From a virus (lineage: Duplodnaviria; Caudoviricetes), in IMG/VR virus record IMGVR_UViG_3300020043_004017, positions 1-36,323 of that record: DNA of 36,323 bases; one strand, 5' to 3'. The stretch's first letter is position 1; each line of letters begins with the position of its first letter. Positions 9,457-19,740 of this stretch are shown in pieces. The notes under the pieces were generated by a model. The model searched no databases and was not told where the DNA came from. It saw only the letters and a list, made by a program, of their open reading frames with translations. Both the position numbers and the translations under genes were made by a program.

Positions 9457-9813
9457 ATGAGAAAAATAAACTTATTCATAGGCAATGAATACCGAGATTT
9501 CCATTTCGGGCTTGGATTCTTGGGTAATCTTTTGGAAAAAGAGGGCTTAATGGTTCATCAAATTGATGAAAAGATTAAAGAAAATCCATTTAAATGGGTG
9601 CCTTTGATTATGTTTTATTCGGCTACTTTTGCATATACTCGTAAAAATGAAAACGCTCCTTTTGACGCTTTCGATGTTTCAGAATGGATTGATGGTTTAG
9701 AACCAGACAGTACGGTAATTGTTGATTTCTTTGAAGCATTTAGAAACTCTTTACAAAAAGATGTCCCTGCTCAACAAGAAGAACAAACTAAAAAAAAAGT
9801 GACGAAAAAATAA
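9457..9813 (+). CDS. Tail assembly chaperone (gpG-like)
   Basis: Position; ends in A-run slippery site; ATG 9457 preferred. Confidence 0.75.
   Translation: MRKINLFIGNEYRDFHFGLGFLGNLLEKEGLMVHQIDEKIKENPFKWVPLIMFYSATFAYTRKNENAPFDAFDVSEWIDGLEPDSTVIVDFFEAFRNSLQKDVPAQQEEQTKKKVTKK
9790..9798 (+). other. Predicted -1 ribosomal frameshift site (A AAA AAA)
   Basis: A9 run; -1 frame open from 9792 to 10133. Confidence 0.7.
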
Positions 9814-10133
9814 ACTGGAGCGAAGATGTGATATCATTCGCTTTAGGCGAACTTAAATGTCCTGATTTGGATTTCGTTTACGATATGACGTGGGCAGAAT
9901 TTCAAATCAGGCTTTTTAGTTATAAAAGACAGGATTTATACAAATGGCAAATGTTGAGAGAAATGATGTGGACTTCATATATTGCACCTCATCAAGACCC
10001 TAAAAAGATGGTAAAAAGAAAAGAAAGTTTCTTACCTTTGAAAGGGGATAAAAAAGCAATAGCAAGCGTTACACAAGAGCATAAAGATAATTTTATAAAA
10101 GCATTCCAAAAATGGCAACAGGAAACAAGTTAG
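9792..10133 (+). CDS. Tail assembly chaperone gpT-like frameshift extension
   Basis: -1 frame relative to gpG; YDMTWAEF motif; directly precedes tape measure. Confidence 0.7.
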   Translation, partial: KKSDEKINWSEDVISFALGELKCPDLDFVYDMTWAEFQIRLFSYKRQDLYKWQMLREMMWTSYIAPHQDPKKMVKRKESFLPLKGDKKAIASVTQEHKDNFIKAFQKWQQETS

Positions 10134-11905
10134 AAGTAGGTATTGGAGCAGATATATCTGAGTTAAAATCAGGTATTCAAGAAGCTGTTATTGTTTTAGA
10201 GAAATTAAGACAACAAAAATCTGCTAACTTAAAGGTAGGCTTAGACGTTTCTGATTTGAATAAACAAATTGCAGCCGCTAAATCTAATTTATTAGGACTT
10301 CAAAAACAATTTTCTGCAACTTCTCCTGCTGTTGATAAAATGGCTAAAAGCACGGCCAACGGATCAAATGCTTTAATGCAGTTTTCAAGAATAGCACAAG
10401 ACGCTCCTTATGGTATTATTGGTATTGGAAACAACATTACGGCGACTGCTGAAAGTTTTTCTTATTTAAAGCAACAAACAGGATCTACAGGTGGCGCATT
10501 AAAAGCTTTAGCGAGTTCTTTAATGGGTACTGGGGGTATTTTGCTGGGAATATCTTTGCTTACAACAGGGCTTACTCTGTTGAGTCAAAGCGGATTGACT
10601 GTTGGCGATGTTATCGATAAAATTACAGGTAAGTTTGATGAATTTGGCGGGGCTATTAAAAAAGCAAGTGAAGAAGCTGTAAAAGCAACCTCAGGAGAAA
10701 TATTTGGATTAAAAGCTTTAGTCAGTGCAGCACAAAATAAAGCCTTATCTGATAAAGATAGATTGATTGCGGTTGAAAATTTACAAAAACAATATCCAGG
10801 TTATTTTGGCAATTTGTCTAAAGAACAAATAATGACCTCTAATTTAACAGGGGTTGTAAATGAACTTACAACGGCTTTATTAAATAGAGCAATTGCCGAA
10901 AAATTAGCGAGTGCGTCTGCCGACATTCAATTAAAAGTTTTTGCTGCAAATGCTAAATTAGTTAAGCAAAAAAATGAAACATTAAAACTCGAACAACAAT
11001 TAACAACTTTAAGAGCAGGTGCTACAAATGACGAGCTTTATGCAGATAATCAAAAATTTATTGCTGTAACCAATTTAAATGGACTTATTAATAATTCAAA
11101 AGATGCCGAAAATCAATATAGACAAGAAATAATTTCAGGAACAAAAGCACTTGAAAGAAGGCAAAATGTAATAAATCAATTAACAGCATCGTCTTTAAAA
11201 TTAGATCAAAAAGCACCACCAAAGGTAAAGCAAACATTTAACACTCCGCAAGTTACAGGTGTAGTTTCTTTATTAAGTCCAGCTCCATTAGTTATTCCTG
11301 CTGTTAATTCTGAAATATTTAAAAAGTCATTAGATAATTTAGCTCCATTAGTATCGGAAGCGTCTATTAATATGCAATTAGCGTTATTAGATTTTAATGA
11401 TAGAGCATCTCAAATTATTAACGGTGCGTTAATTGATACTTTTGCTGGAATTGGCAACGCAATAGGTAACGCATTAGCAACAGGCGGAAATGTATTAAAT
11501 GCTTTAGGAGCTTCTTTATTAGGTGCTTTAGGAAGTGTTTTAACTTCTATGGGTAAAATGGCAATTGAAATAGGTGTAGGATTGTTAGCTGTAAAATTTG
11601 CTTTGAAAACATTGAATCCTTATGCTGCTATTGCTGCTGGGATTGGATTAGTTGCTTTAGGTGCTATATTTAGCTCTAAGTCTGCATCTATTGGCAATTC
11701 AATAGGTGGTGGTGGGAATACTTCAACATCAACAGGCTCAGGAGCGAATAATAATAGTTTTTCAAGCGGTGGATTTAGTTCGGCATCATCAAACGGTGGA
11801 ACAGTTGTTTTTGAAATAGCAGGACAAAAATTGATAGGTGTTTTAAGCAATACTTTGAATAGCAATAAGCGTTTAGGGGGTTCTACTAATTTAGTAATTG
11901 GATAA
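10112..11905 (+). CDS. Tape measure protein
   Basis: LEVGIGAD start, IAQDAPYG motif, Ala/Gly-rich helical and hydrophobic segments. Confidence 0.88.
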   Translation: MATGNKLEVGIGADISELKSGIQEAVIVLEKLRQQKSANLKVGLDVSDLNKQIAAAKSNLLGLQKQFSATSPAVDKMAKSTANGSNALMQFSRIAQDAPYGIIGIGNNITATAESFSYLKQQTGSTGGALKALASSLMGTGGILLGISLLTTGLTLLSQSGLTVGDVIDKITGKFDEFGGAIKKASEEAVKATSGEIFGLKALVSAAQNKALSDKDRLIAVENLQKQYPGYFGNLSKEQIMTSNLTGVVNELTTALLNRAIAEKLASASADIQLKVFAANAKLVKQKNETLKLEQQLTTLRAGATNDELYADNQKFIAVTNLNGLINNSKDAENQYRQEIISGTKALERRQNVINQLTASSLKLDQKAPPKVKQTFNTPQVTGVVSLLSPAPLVIPAVNSEIFKKSLDNLAPLVSEASINMQLALLDFNDRASQIINGALIDTFAGIGNAIGNALATGGNVLNALGASLLGALGSVLTSMGKMAIEIGVGLLAVKFALKTLNPYAAIAAGIGLVALGAIFSSKSASIGNSIGGGGNTSTSTGSGANNNSFSSGGFSSASSNGGTVVFEIAGQKLIGVLSNTLNSNKRLGGSTNLVIG

Positions 11906-13714
11906 ATGGAAAAATATTTTATAATTTTTGGAGACTATTTTTTAAGCATCAAGCAAAAAGACTATTTAGGACAATCTACCGAAATTCACGGTGCAATAGA
12001 GTTGACGAAGGGTGATGTTGATACCGTTTTAGAGCCAATTCGAGGCACGGGATTAAATTTAGCTTTAGAAGCAAATCCAAACATAACTTTTGATGAATTT
12101 GCTTTGGCAGATGAAAAAACCTATTCTGTACAGCTTAGCAAAAGCAATAATGTGATTTTCAACGGATGGATAAAACCTGACGGCACTCAACAATCTTATG
12201 TCAATAACGAATGGCTTGTAAATATAGAAGTGGTTGATTATTTAGGAGCAATGAAAGATTTATCTTTTGTAAAATCTGACGGTTATCATTTTACGGGTAA
12301 AATGTCATTTTACGAAGTCATAAAAGCGTGCTTGGATAGAACTGGCCTTTTGATGCCAATTTATTCAAGCATAAATCTATCTTATACAAGTTATTCAGGA
12401 ACAAATATTTTAAAGGATGTTTATGTAAATGCTTCAAGATATTACAAGCAAGACAATGACACTTTAATGGATTGCAACGAGGTTTTGACTTCTATTTTAA
12501 ATATATTCTCCGCAGTAGTAACACAAGAAAATGGCATTTGGTGGATATACAGACCGACTGACTTAAAACCTAATACAGTATTTATAAATAACACTTTAGA
12601 TACTTTGGCAACTTTAAAAACTGATTTTGTTTTAGGCTCGCAAATCGATAATTTTTACCCTCATCATTGTGGAGCAAATCAACAGATTGAAGTCAAAGGC
12701 GCAATTAGTGCCTATCGTTTAAAATATGAACACGGTTTCTTAGATGGATTCATTCTAAATAAAGAACTAGTGCATAGTAATACAATGTCATTTGATAATT
12801 GGACTGTAAACCCTACAAACGCAGGATTGATATTTAATGATCCTTTGGATTTATCAGGTCTTAAGATATATTCAGAAGAAGGAGATGTTTTTAAAGAAAT
12901 AATGACTTCAAATTCATTTTCAGTAACGTCTGGAGCAATTTTAAATGTAAAAGCTAATTTATTTGTAAATTTTTCTAAATTTAGATTTAGATTTAGACTG
13001 AAAAGAAGTGACGGGAAGTATTGCAACAAAAAAGGAGAGTGGACCACAAATCCAAATGATTATTTTGAAGGCACTTGTGGTTCTATTTCTACTCCTTCTG
13101 CAACATCTGATTTTAAATTCGTAACAAATGTAGTTGATAACGACTGCGACATAACATTAACTATTTTAAAACCTGTATGGTATTTATTTATAGGTGGTGT
13201 TATCCCTACTTTGACGGAAATAACTAAAATAGATGTTTCAGACGCATCACAAACAGAATCAGGAATAGTAGGCACTTTCTACACAGTATCCCGAAAATTG
13301 CCACCGAGTTCTATTGTTAAAGAAAATCAAACCGTATTCAATGGAGATAGTACTTCATTATTAATTGGCTCGCTTTATAAAGCAGACCAAACGACTTTGA
13401 CAGAAACTTGGAACAGACAAGGATTCACAGAAAACAAACCAATTCTATTAATTAGTGCCGAAGATGATTTAAGAGTTCAAAGAAATGCTATTAAAATTTT
13501 TAGTGGGGATATTTTTGGTAAATTAAATTACGTATCTTTGATAAATATAAATGGGTTGCTTGGTAAATTTATGTTTACTAATTATCGCTATAATTTGAAT
13601 ACAAACATTTTGTCAGCAAAATTAACCCAATTGTATCAGGACGAGGTTGGCGATATTGAAAGCCAAATTACACCTGACTATGGAAATACAATCAAACCGA
13701 CAATAAAGGGATAA
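11906..13714 (+). CDS. Tail tip / baseplate hub protein
   Basis: 602 aa beta-rich protein directly after tape measure. Confidence 0.65.
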   Translation: MEKYFIIFGDYFLSIKQKDYLGQSTEIHGAIELTKGDVDTVLEPIRGTGLNLALEANPNITFDEFALADEKTYSVQLSKSNNVIFNGWIKPDGTQQSYVNNEWLVNIEVVDYLGAMKDLSFVKSDGYHFTGKMSFYEVIKACLDRTGLLMPIYSSINLSYTSYSGTNILKDVYVNASRYYKQDNDTLMDCNEVLTSILNIFSAVVTQENGIWWIYRPTDLKPNTVFINNTLDTLATLKTDFVLGSQIDNFYPHHCGANQQIEVKGAISAYRLKYEHGFLDGFILNKELVHSNTMSFDNWTVNPTNAGLIFNDPLDLSGLKIYSEEGDVFKEIMTSNSFSVTSGAILNVKANLFVNFSKFRFRFRLKRSDGKYCNKKGEWTTNPNDYFEGTCGSISTPSATSDFKFVTNVVDNDCDITLTILKPVWYLFIGGVIPTLTEITKIDVSDASQTESGIVGTFYTVSRKLPPSSIVKENQTVFNGDSTSLLIGSLYKADQTTLTETWNRQGFTENKPILLISAEDDLRVQRNAIKIFSGDIFGKLNYVSLININGLLGKFMFTNYRYNLNTNILSAKLTQLYQDEVGDIESQITPDYGNTIKPTIKG

Positions 13715-13716
13715 CA

Positions 13717-14232
13717 ATGGAATTTACCAACGGAGAGGATAGAATTTTATACATAAAATTAAACGGTGCTTGGCTTCCAGTTGCTTGTTTGACTTCTAAT
13801 TCTATTGACGAAGGCGCAGAAATGTTGCCTACAACTACAAGGGATAACGATGGCTGGTCAACTTCAAGGCCTACTATGCAAAATTATTCTATTCCATTCG
13901 AGGGGCTTCAAATAAATTCAACAGTTGCAATGGGAAATTTTGACGTTGCAAGTTATGACCGTTTGAAATTATTAAAGCGTTCAAAAACGCTTTTAGATTG
14001 GAAAATACAAGGCACTATTTTTCCAATCGTTGACTACGGAAAAGGGTATATTACCAATATTTCGGAAGCTTCGGCAGTTAATGAATTTTTATCTTTTTCA
14101 GGAACATTAACAGGTTACGGAATGCCAAAAGTAACTACTTTAGGAGAAACTATTTTAAACAACGGAGACCCTGACGTAGTACTTACTACTTCGACAGACG
14201 CAAATTTAGTAATTAAAACAAAAGAATTATAA
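13717..14232 (+). CDS. Second tail-tube-fold protein (distal tail?)
   Basis: Shares PVACLTSNS and YG.GY.T patterns with 8504-8947. Confidence 0.7.
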   Translation: MEFTNGEDRILYIKLNGAWLPVACLTSNSIDEGAEMLPTTTRDNDGWSTSRPTMQNYSIPFEGLQINSTVAMGNFDVASYDRLKLLKRSKTLLDWKIQGTIFPIVDYGKGYITNISEASAVNEFLSFSGTLTGYGMPKVTTLGETILNNGDPDVVLTTSTDANLVIKTKEL

Positions 14233-14233
14233 A

Positions 14234-14791
14234 ATGGCAATAAATCCAGCAGATATAACCACGATTAGAGTAGGTGAATTGGCAGCAGCTTTACCAAATT
14301 TGACTGACAATATAGCTCACGAAATAGGTACTGATTTATTTCGTTGTACTATTCAGGAATTAGTTGATTTATTCAATATTAATGCTAATGCCTTTCAATA
14401 CGAGGTTAAGACACTTTATGTTACCGAAGAATATATAGATAATAATTTAGACGAGACGGGATTAGGAATCAATTTATTAACAGGATGGGCAGAAATAAAC
14501 GGAAATAATGGAACGCCACCAGCAGCAGGAATGTTTGAATTATCACGAAAAACAGGTGTTTATGAAATAGGTTCTTTTGGAGGGTCTAAAGATGCTGTTT
14601 TAGTTTCTCATTATCATAGTTATGATTTACCTTTAGATGGGATAGGTACTGAAAATATACAATCTTTAGTTAATTCGGCTAATAGTGATGAAGGAAAACA
14701 AAATTATGGAAATACATCTACAGCAGGAGAATCAGGAGAAGGTAAAAATATGCCTCCGTATTATGTTTGTTTAAAAATTATGAAATTATGA
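14234..14791 (+). CDS. Baseplate/tail fibre protein (collar-like C-terminus)
   Basis: GW...NG.NGTP, H.H, NMPPYYV..IMK. Confidence 0.75.
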   Translation: MAINPADITTIRVGELAAALPNLTDNIAHEIGTDLFRCTIQELVDLFNINANAFQYEVKTLYVTEEYIDNNLDETGLGINLLTGWAEINGNNGTPPAAGMFELSRKTGVYEIGSFGGSKDAVLVSHYHSYDLPLDGIGTENIQSLVNSANSDEGKQNYGNTSTAGESGEGKNMPPYYVCLKIMKL

Positions 14792-15975
14792 TAGATCCAA
14801 ATTCAATAACTACTATAAGAGTTGACCAATTAGCCGAAGCTGATTTCAATTTAACCGATAATTTACCACACGAAGTAAATCAGGTTTTAAAGCGTGGGAC
14901 AGTTCAAAAGTTAGTTGATTTAGTCGCTTCCGTAGTTGATGTAAGTGGTGGTGTTGGCTATTTGCCTATTTCAGTTACAGATGGTCAACAGTTGCCAGAC
15001 GTGCCAACTGATTCAAGTTTCTTTTTATGCGGTAAAGGAACGTTTTTAAATGTGAATGGATATCCTGAAATTGTTTGCACGGAAGAGTTAAACGCAATAA
15101 TGTCACTTTCTGACCATTGGGAAATAGCAGTAGAAATACCTATCAATGTAAATCCTGAAATAATAGGAATTTCACAAACAATAAATGAGGGTGTTTTAGA
15201 TTCAGCACCATCGCAAGATGCTGTTTTCAAAGCTATCAATCAATTTGTAAGCGCTGTAGGAACATTCCACTATGCAGATTTAGCCACTCAAACAACACCT
15301 ATTTCGGTTACTTCTGGAGTTGAAACGTTATTGACAAATGACGCTTTAGGGGCATACACCAATATAAGCAATGCGCCTTACGGAGTGCCAACGGTTTACA
15401 ACGCAGATACAAATGAGTTTGATTTTAGTAGTTTGTCTGTTGGTGATATTATTCATTTTAGACCCGATTTAAATATTGATTTGACTGGAACTAATACTTC
15501 TTATGAATTATATTTAAAAGGCTCTATTGGTACAGCAAAAGAATGGGTTTTAGATTTAACAAGTGGCGGAGAAAGAAAATCAACTGCTGAATTTCATAAA
15601 AATGGATTTATGGGATTTGACATTGCGTTTGAAGAAATGACAACAGCACCTTCTCAACTTTTTATAAAAACAGATGCAAATGCTACTGTTAAAGTAAATG
15701 GATGGTATATTGAAGTTCTTAGAAAGAATATAAATGTAGTGAACATTGCTTTTGATGGAATTATTGAAACTAAAAGATTTACACCAACAGGTCAAGTTTG
15801 CATATTACCAACGGGAGCAGTAGCAGTAAGCGCACACATTGACGGCTATATCCAATACCCTGAACAGGTAGGATTTGAAAGCGATTTAAACACATTCACG
15901 CAATCAGGCGTTGAGGTTACATTTAACACTACATTTGACGGAACACCACAAATTTTAATTACATACAACTTATGA
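14788..15975 (+). CDS. Tail fibre / baseplate protein
   Basis: N-terminus paralogous to 14234 protein; APSQDAV motif; ATG 14788 preferred. Confidence 0.65.
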   Translation: MIDPNSITTIRVDQLAEADFNLTDNLPHEVNQVLKRGTVQKLVDLVASVVDVSGGVGYLPISVTDGQQLPDVPTDSSFFLCGKGTFLNVNGYPEIVCTEELNAIMSLSDHWEIAVEIPINVNPEIIGISQTINEGVLDSAPSQDAVFKAINQFVSAVGTFHYADLATQTTPISVTSGVETLLTNDALGAYTNISNAPYGVPTVYNADTNEFDFSSLSVGDIIHFRPDLNIDLTGTNTSYELYLKGSIGTAKEWVLDLTSGGERKSTAEFHKNGFMGFDIAFEEMTTAPSQLFIKTDANATVKVNGWYIEVLRKNINVVNIAFDGIIETKRFTPTGQVCILPTGAVAVSAHIDGYIQYPEQVGFESDLNTFTQSGVEVTFNTTFDGTPQILITYNL

Positions 15976-17942
15976 AAAAACTAATTTTTTTACTATTTCC
16001 TTTATTTGCCTTAGCTCAAAACCCTACTTCATTTCCTTACGGGATTAAGAACACAGCAGCAGCAAGCAACTCTACGCCTACCTATTTTGTAACTCAAGAA
16101 ACTGACGGAGTGCATAAAAAAACGCCTGCTGCAACTGTAGAAAAAACAGCTAATAAACAGAATAGTTTAGCGGTTGATGGCACAGGAGTTAAATATCCGA
16201 CAGTTGATGCGGTTAATACATTAACAGGAGAGCCATATAATACCAATCTTTATGCTGATAAAATAATTATTTACGGCAATTCAATTGAAACTGGATTTGG
16301 AGCAACTACACAAAGCATATACGGTTGGCAAGCTATTGCGCCTCAAATATTAGAGACAAAAGTCGATAATTATGCAATTAGCGGAACAACATTAGTTAAG
16401 TTTTTTGATGGTGATAATTCTGGAATTGATAGATTATCTTTAATCACCCCTTCATATGTGTCAACTATGAGAGCGTATATATCAGGAATAGGCGTCAATG
16501 ATATGTACAATGTTAATGGCACCTATAATGAAACTAATTTTAGGACTGCTTATAATACATTAATTGACCAATTAGTTACTAATGGATGGCCATTATCTAA
16601 GATATATCTATTTTTACCATTAACAGCAAATTCAAATGCCACTACAATGAATGCAACTGTAGAAAATATCGCACTCCTAAAAGGGGTGAATTTTATAGAC
16701 GTAAAAAGTGCAATGGACGCAAACGGAGGATTGGATTTAGTTTCTGGTGATGGTATTCATCCAAATAATTCGGGGCATAAAATCATAGCTATTACTATTT
16801 CAAACGCAATTACTGGTGCTAAATATAACTACACTCAATTTAATCAAGATATTTCAACAACGGGAGTTGTTAACACAGGAGTTGGTTTATCGGGAGGGTC
16901 AGACCCTAACGGATTAGAAATAAGAGGTACAAATAAGGTAAACGGGGCGGGTAAAGTTTCTATTTTTGGCGATTTGTGGTATAACGGTAACGTAAGAGGT
17001 GCATCTTTTGGGCTTACAACAAAACCTAAATATATATCACTAGGGGATGAATATGTGACAGGAGCTTTGAACTCTAACAACCTGCAACTATACACATACA
17101 CAGATACGGGTCTAGGAACAAGTGCAAACGATGGACTAGGCTTATTTTCTGTAGCTGGCGATACGCCTAGAATCACATCGTATCAGGAGCATTTTTTTAA
17201 AGGAAATACGTCTTTAGTGGATGTTTATGGGGCAGTGACTACGCCTTTAAAGTTTAAAGCAGGGCTATTTACTTACATAAACGGAGCAATTACGGCAGCT
17301 AATACGACATTTTCAGGATATTACGGCTCAGGAATTGGATTTTCCGCAACTGAGGGGGTGTCTATTATTTCAGAGGGTTTACCTGATAGAATTACTTTAA
17401 AAAACCCTCTATACTTACACATACCCCCAACCACCTCCGCAGGCTCTTACGATATTTTAACACGAAATTCGAGTACAGGAGTTGTTGAGAAAATCGCTCC
17501 TATGGTAACCCAAACCATCACTAACGGAGTTACAACAACCTCACCTAGCGAAGATGCTGTTTACGATGCTTTGGCTTTGAAAGCGAGTTTGTCGGGTGAG
17601 CAGACATTTACAGGACAGGTGAATGCTGGTAGTTTTGTCACAGGGGGTAGTTTTGTTACAGGGGCAACAGGAGAGGGTTTAAAGGCTCCCAACAACGGCC
17701 CGATTTCATTTGTATGCAACCATCCATCAACACCAGGCTGGACTGCTGACACAAACATTACAGCTACATTTTATAAAACAACTGTTTACACGGTTGCTAC
17801 CTTACCAACAACAGGAGTTGTCACAGGCACTTATGCAACAGTATCAGATGCCTTAGCTCCTGCCTATCTTACAACCGTAGTAGGTGGTGGGGCAATAGTA
17901 ACGCCAGTTTTTTACAACGGCACGAATTGGGTTTGTCATTAA
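15972..17942 (+). CDS. Tail fibre/spike with SGNH esterase domain and signal-peptide-like N-terminus
   Basis: YGNSI, NYAISG, GVND, DGIHPN..GH blocks; C-terminal YTVATLP...FYNGTNW. Confidence 0.75.
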   Translation: MKKLIFLLFPLFALAQNPTSFPYGIKNTAAASNSTPTYFVTQETDGVHKKTPAATVEKTANKQNSLAVDGTGVKYPTVDAVNTLTGEPYNTNLYADKIIIYGNSIETGFGATTQSIYGWQAIAPQILETKVDNYAISGTTLVKFFDGDNSGIDRLSLITPSYVSTMRAYISGIGVNDMYNVNGTYNETNFRTAYNTLIDQLVTNGWPLSKIYLFLPLTANSNATTMNATVENIALLKGVNFIDVKSAMDANGGLDLVSGDGIHPNNSGHKIIAITISNAITGAKYNYTQFNQDISTTGVVNTGVGLSGGSDPNGLEIRGTNKVNGAGKVSIFGDLWYNGNVRGASFGLTTKPKYISLGDEYVTGALNSNNLQLYTYTDTGLGTSANDGLGLFSVAGDTPRITSYQEHFFKGNTSLVDVYGAVTTPLKFKAGLFTYINGAITAANTTFSGYYGSGIGFSATEGVSIISEGLPDRITLKNPLYLHIPPTTSAGSYDILTRNSSTGVVEKIAPMVTQTITNGVTTTSPSEDAVYDALALKASLSGEQTFTGQVNAGSFVTGGSFVTGATGEGLKAPNNGPISFVCNHPSTPGWTADTNITATFYKTTVYTVATLPTTGVVTGTYATVSDALAPAYLTTVVGGGAIVTPVFYNGTNWVCH

Positions 17943-17952
17943 AAATTAAGCT

Positions 17953-18336
17953 ATGAAAACAACAGTAGTAGAGCCTGACGTTATAAGAGTTCCAATCACG
18001 GTTGAAACCGCCCATCAATTCTTTAATAAACGTCAAATGGAATTTATTAGACGATTGAAAAAAGAGGAATATAAACAAGGATTTTTAAACGCTTTGAAAA
18101 TGAAAACGGCAATATTTCTGCTGTTCGCCTCTTTGTCATTTAGTCAAAGCAATTTTATAGCAGCAGGAAAAGAAAATTTTACAATAGGAGAGACATTTCC
18201 TATTATGCAGCAATGCGATACTGTTATAAATGAAGTATCTTTGTCAGTACCAACATACACTATCGAAACGCCAAAACCGATAGTAATCAAAAAATTAACG
18301 TTTTGGCAGAAACTTTTAAAAATATTTGGATTATGA
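17953..18336 (+). CDS. Hypothetical protein, probably with internal start at 18100
   Basis: In-frame internal MKTAIFLLFASLSFSQ signal peptide. Confidence 0.5.
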   Translation: MKTTVVEPDVIRVPITVETAHQFFNKRQMEFIRRLKKEEYKQGFLNALKMKTAIFLLFASLSFSQSNFIAAGKENFTIGETFPIMQQCDTVINEVSLSVPTYTIETPKPIVIKKLTFWQKLLKIFGL

Positions 18337-18602
18337 AAAATTGGATTACAAACAACTTTTTGCCAATGCTATTAGTAGTAATTGGTTTTATCGCTGACGA
18401 CACAACCATTGTTGTCAATTTCTTGAATGAAATAAGTGCGCCTACGTGGTCGTTTTCCGTTGTAAAATACATAGGTATGATTTGGGCTGCCTACAAACTT
18501 TACAATGCAAAATCACCGAAAATAAAAAATGAAATTGCAGAGGCTTACGCAACAGACCCAAACGACATTTTAGGCACAGACCGTCCAAATGATAGACCGT
18601 AA
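18333..18602 (+). CDS. Holin-like membrane protein
   Basis: Two hydrophobic segments; lysis cassette. Confidence 0.5.
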   Translation: MKNWITNNFLPMLLVVIGFIADDTTIVVNFLNEISAPTWSFSVVKYIGMIWAAYKLYNAKSPKIKNEIAEAYATDPNDILGTDRPNDRP

Positions 18603-18876
18603 GCTAATATTATATTTTGCTTTAGTATTTGCCGTGCTTGCTGATATGGCACACGGCTTTTATTATATTGGAACAGCGTTCTTTTTTGCATTAATTTCTT
18701 TGTACATTTTTCTTGAGGATAAATTTAGTTTTGTTAAATTTGTGTTGTTGTGGCTGGCGTGTTGGAACTTGTTTAAGGAATTATTTTTAGATCCGCTGCA
18801 TTTCACAAAAACGCAATTATTTATCGTTTTAGCCGTAATAATTGCAAGACTATTTTATAAACAAAAAACCTATTGA
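18589..18876 (+). CDS. Multi-TM holin/antiholin-like protein
   Basis: 3-4 hydrophobic segments, basic C-terminus. Confidence 0.5.
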   Translation: MIDRKLILYFALVFAVLADMAHGFYYIGTAFFFALISLYIFLEDKFSFVKFVLLWLACWNLFKELFLDPLHFTKTQLFIVLAVIIARLFYKQKTY

Positions 18877-18881
18877 TTCCT

Positions 18882-19190
18882 ATGGAAGATTTGAAAGCCA
18901 TTAAATATGACGTTGAAAAATTAACACGCCACTTAACACGACAAGAGCAATCAACAAATGACAATACGGAACTTTTATTGGAAATAAAGCACACCTTAAT
19001 CGGCAATAAGATGAACGGTAACGAGGGGCTTGTTACGGAGGTTGATAGGGTTGTGAAAAAAGTTGATTCGTTAGAAAAAATAGTCCTAAATTTAGTAGAG
19101 CTAAGCGTCTTTATAAAATGGTTTTTTGGTATTTTAGGAGCGTCAGGAATTGGTTTTTTGGTGGTAAAAATATTAGAGGTAAAAAAGTGA
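18882..19190 (+). CDS. Coiled-coil protein with C-terminal TM (holin-like)
   Basis: Heptad region, GN.GL motif, single TM; adjacent to endolysin. Confidence 0.5.
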   Translation: MEDLKAIKYDVEKLTRHLTRQEQSTNDNTELLLEIKHTLIGNKMNGNEGLVTEVDRVVKKVDSLEKIVLNLVELSVFIKWFFGILGASGIGFLVVKILEVKK

Positions 19191-19194
19191 AATT

Positions 19195-19740
19195 ATGAAA
19201 CTGCAACAAAAATATAAAACACTTTTCGAAAAATACGGCGTAAACACACCGTTAAGGATTGCGCATTTTATGGCTCAAATCGAACACGAAAGCGGATTGA
19301 AACCTATTAGTGAAAATTTGAATTATAAACCTGAAAGATTGTTAGTTATTTTTCCTAAATATTTTACTCGTTCACAATCTAATTATTACGGTGGTAACCC
19401 TCAATTAATAGCCAATAGGGTTTATGCAAACCGTATGGGTAATGGAGACGAATTAAGCGGTGAGGGCTGGAAATATAGAGGTCGTGGATTCATTCAAATT
19501 ACAGGCAAAGAAAACTATTTTAGATTAGCCAATGATACTGATTTAGATTGTTTAAAAAATCCTGATTTATTGCTTGAAGAAGCAAACGCAATGATTAGCG
19601 CATTATGGTTTTGGAATTTAAAAAAATTGAATGCTTTGGCCGATAAAGACGATATTATTGGAATTACTAAACGCATAAATGGCGGTTTAAATGGTTTGGA
19701 ACACAGGAAAGAATTATTACTTAAATATAAAAACTTATGA
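19195..19740 (+). CDS. Endolysin, GH19 lysozyme/chitinase family
   Basis: AHFMAQ..HES, YRGRG.IQITG..NY, ITKRINGG.NG. Confidence 0.93.
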   Translation: MKLQQKYKTLFEKYGVNTPLRIAHFMAQIEHESGLKPISENLNYKPERLLVIFPKYFTRSQSNYYGGNPQLIANRVYANRMGNGDELSGEGWKYRGRGFIQITGKENYFRLANDTDLDCLKNPDLLLEEANAMISALWFWNLKKLNALADKDDIIGITKRINGGLNGLEHRKELLLKYKNL

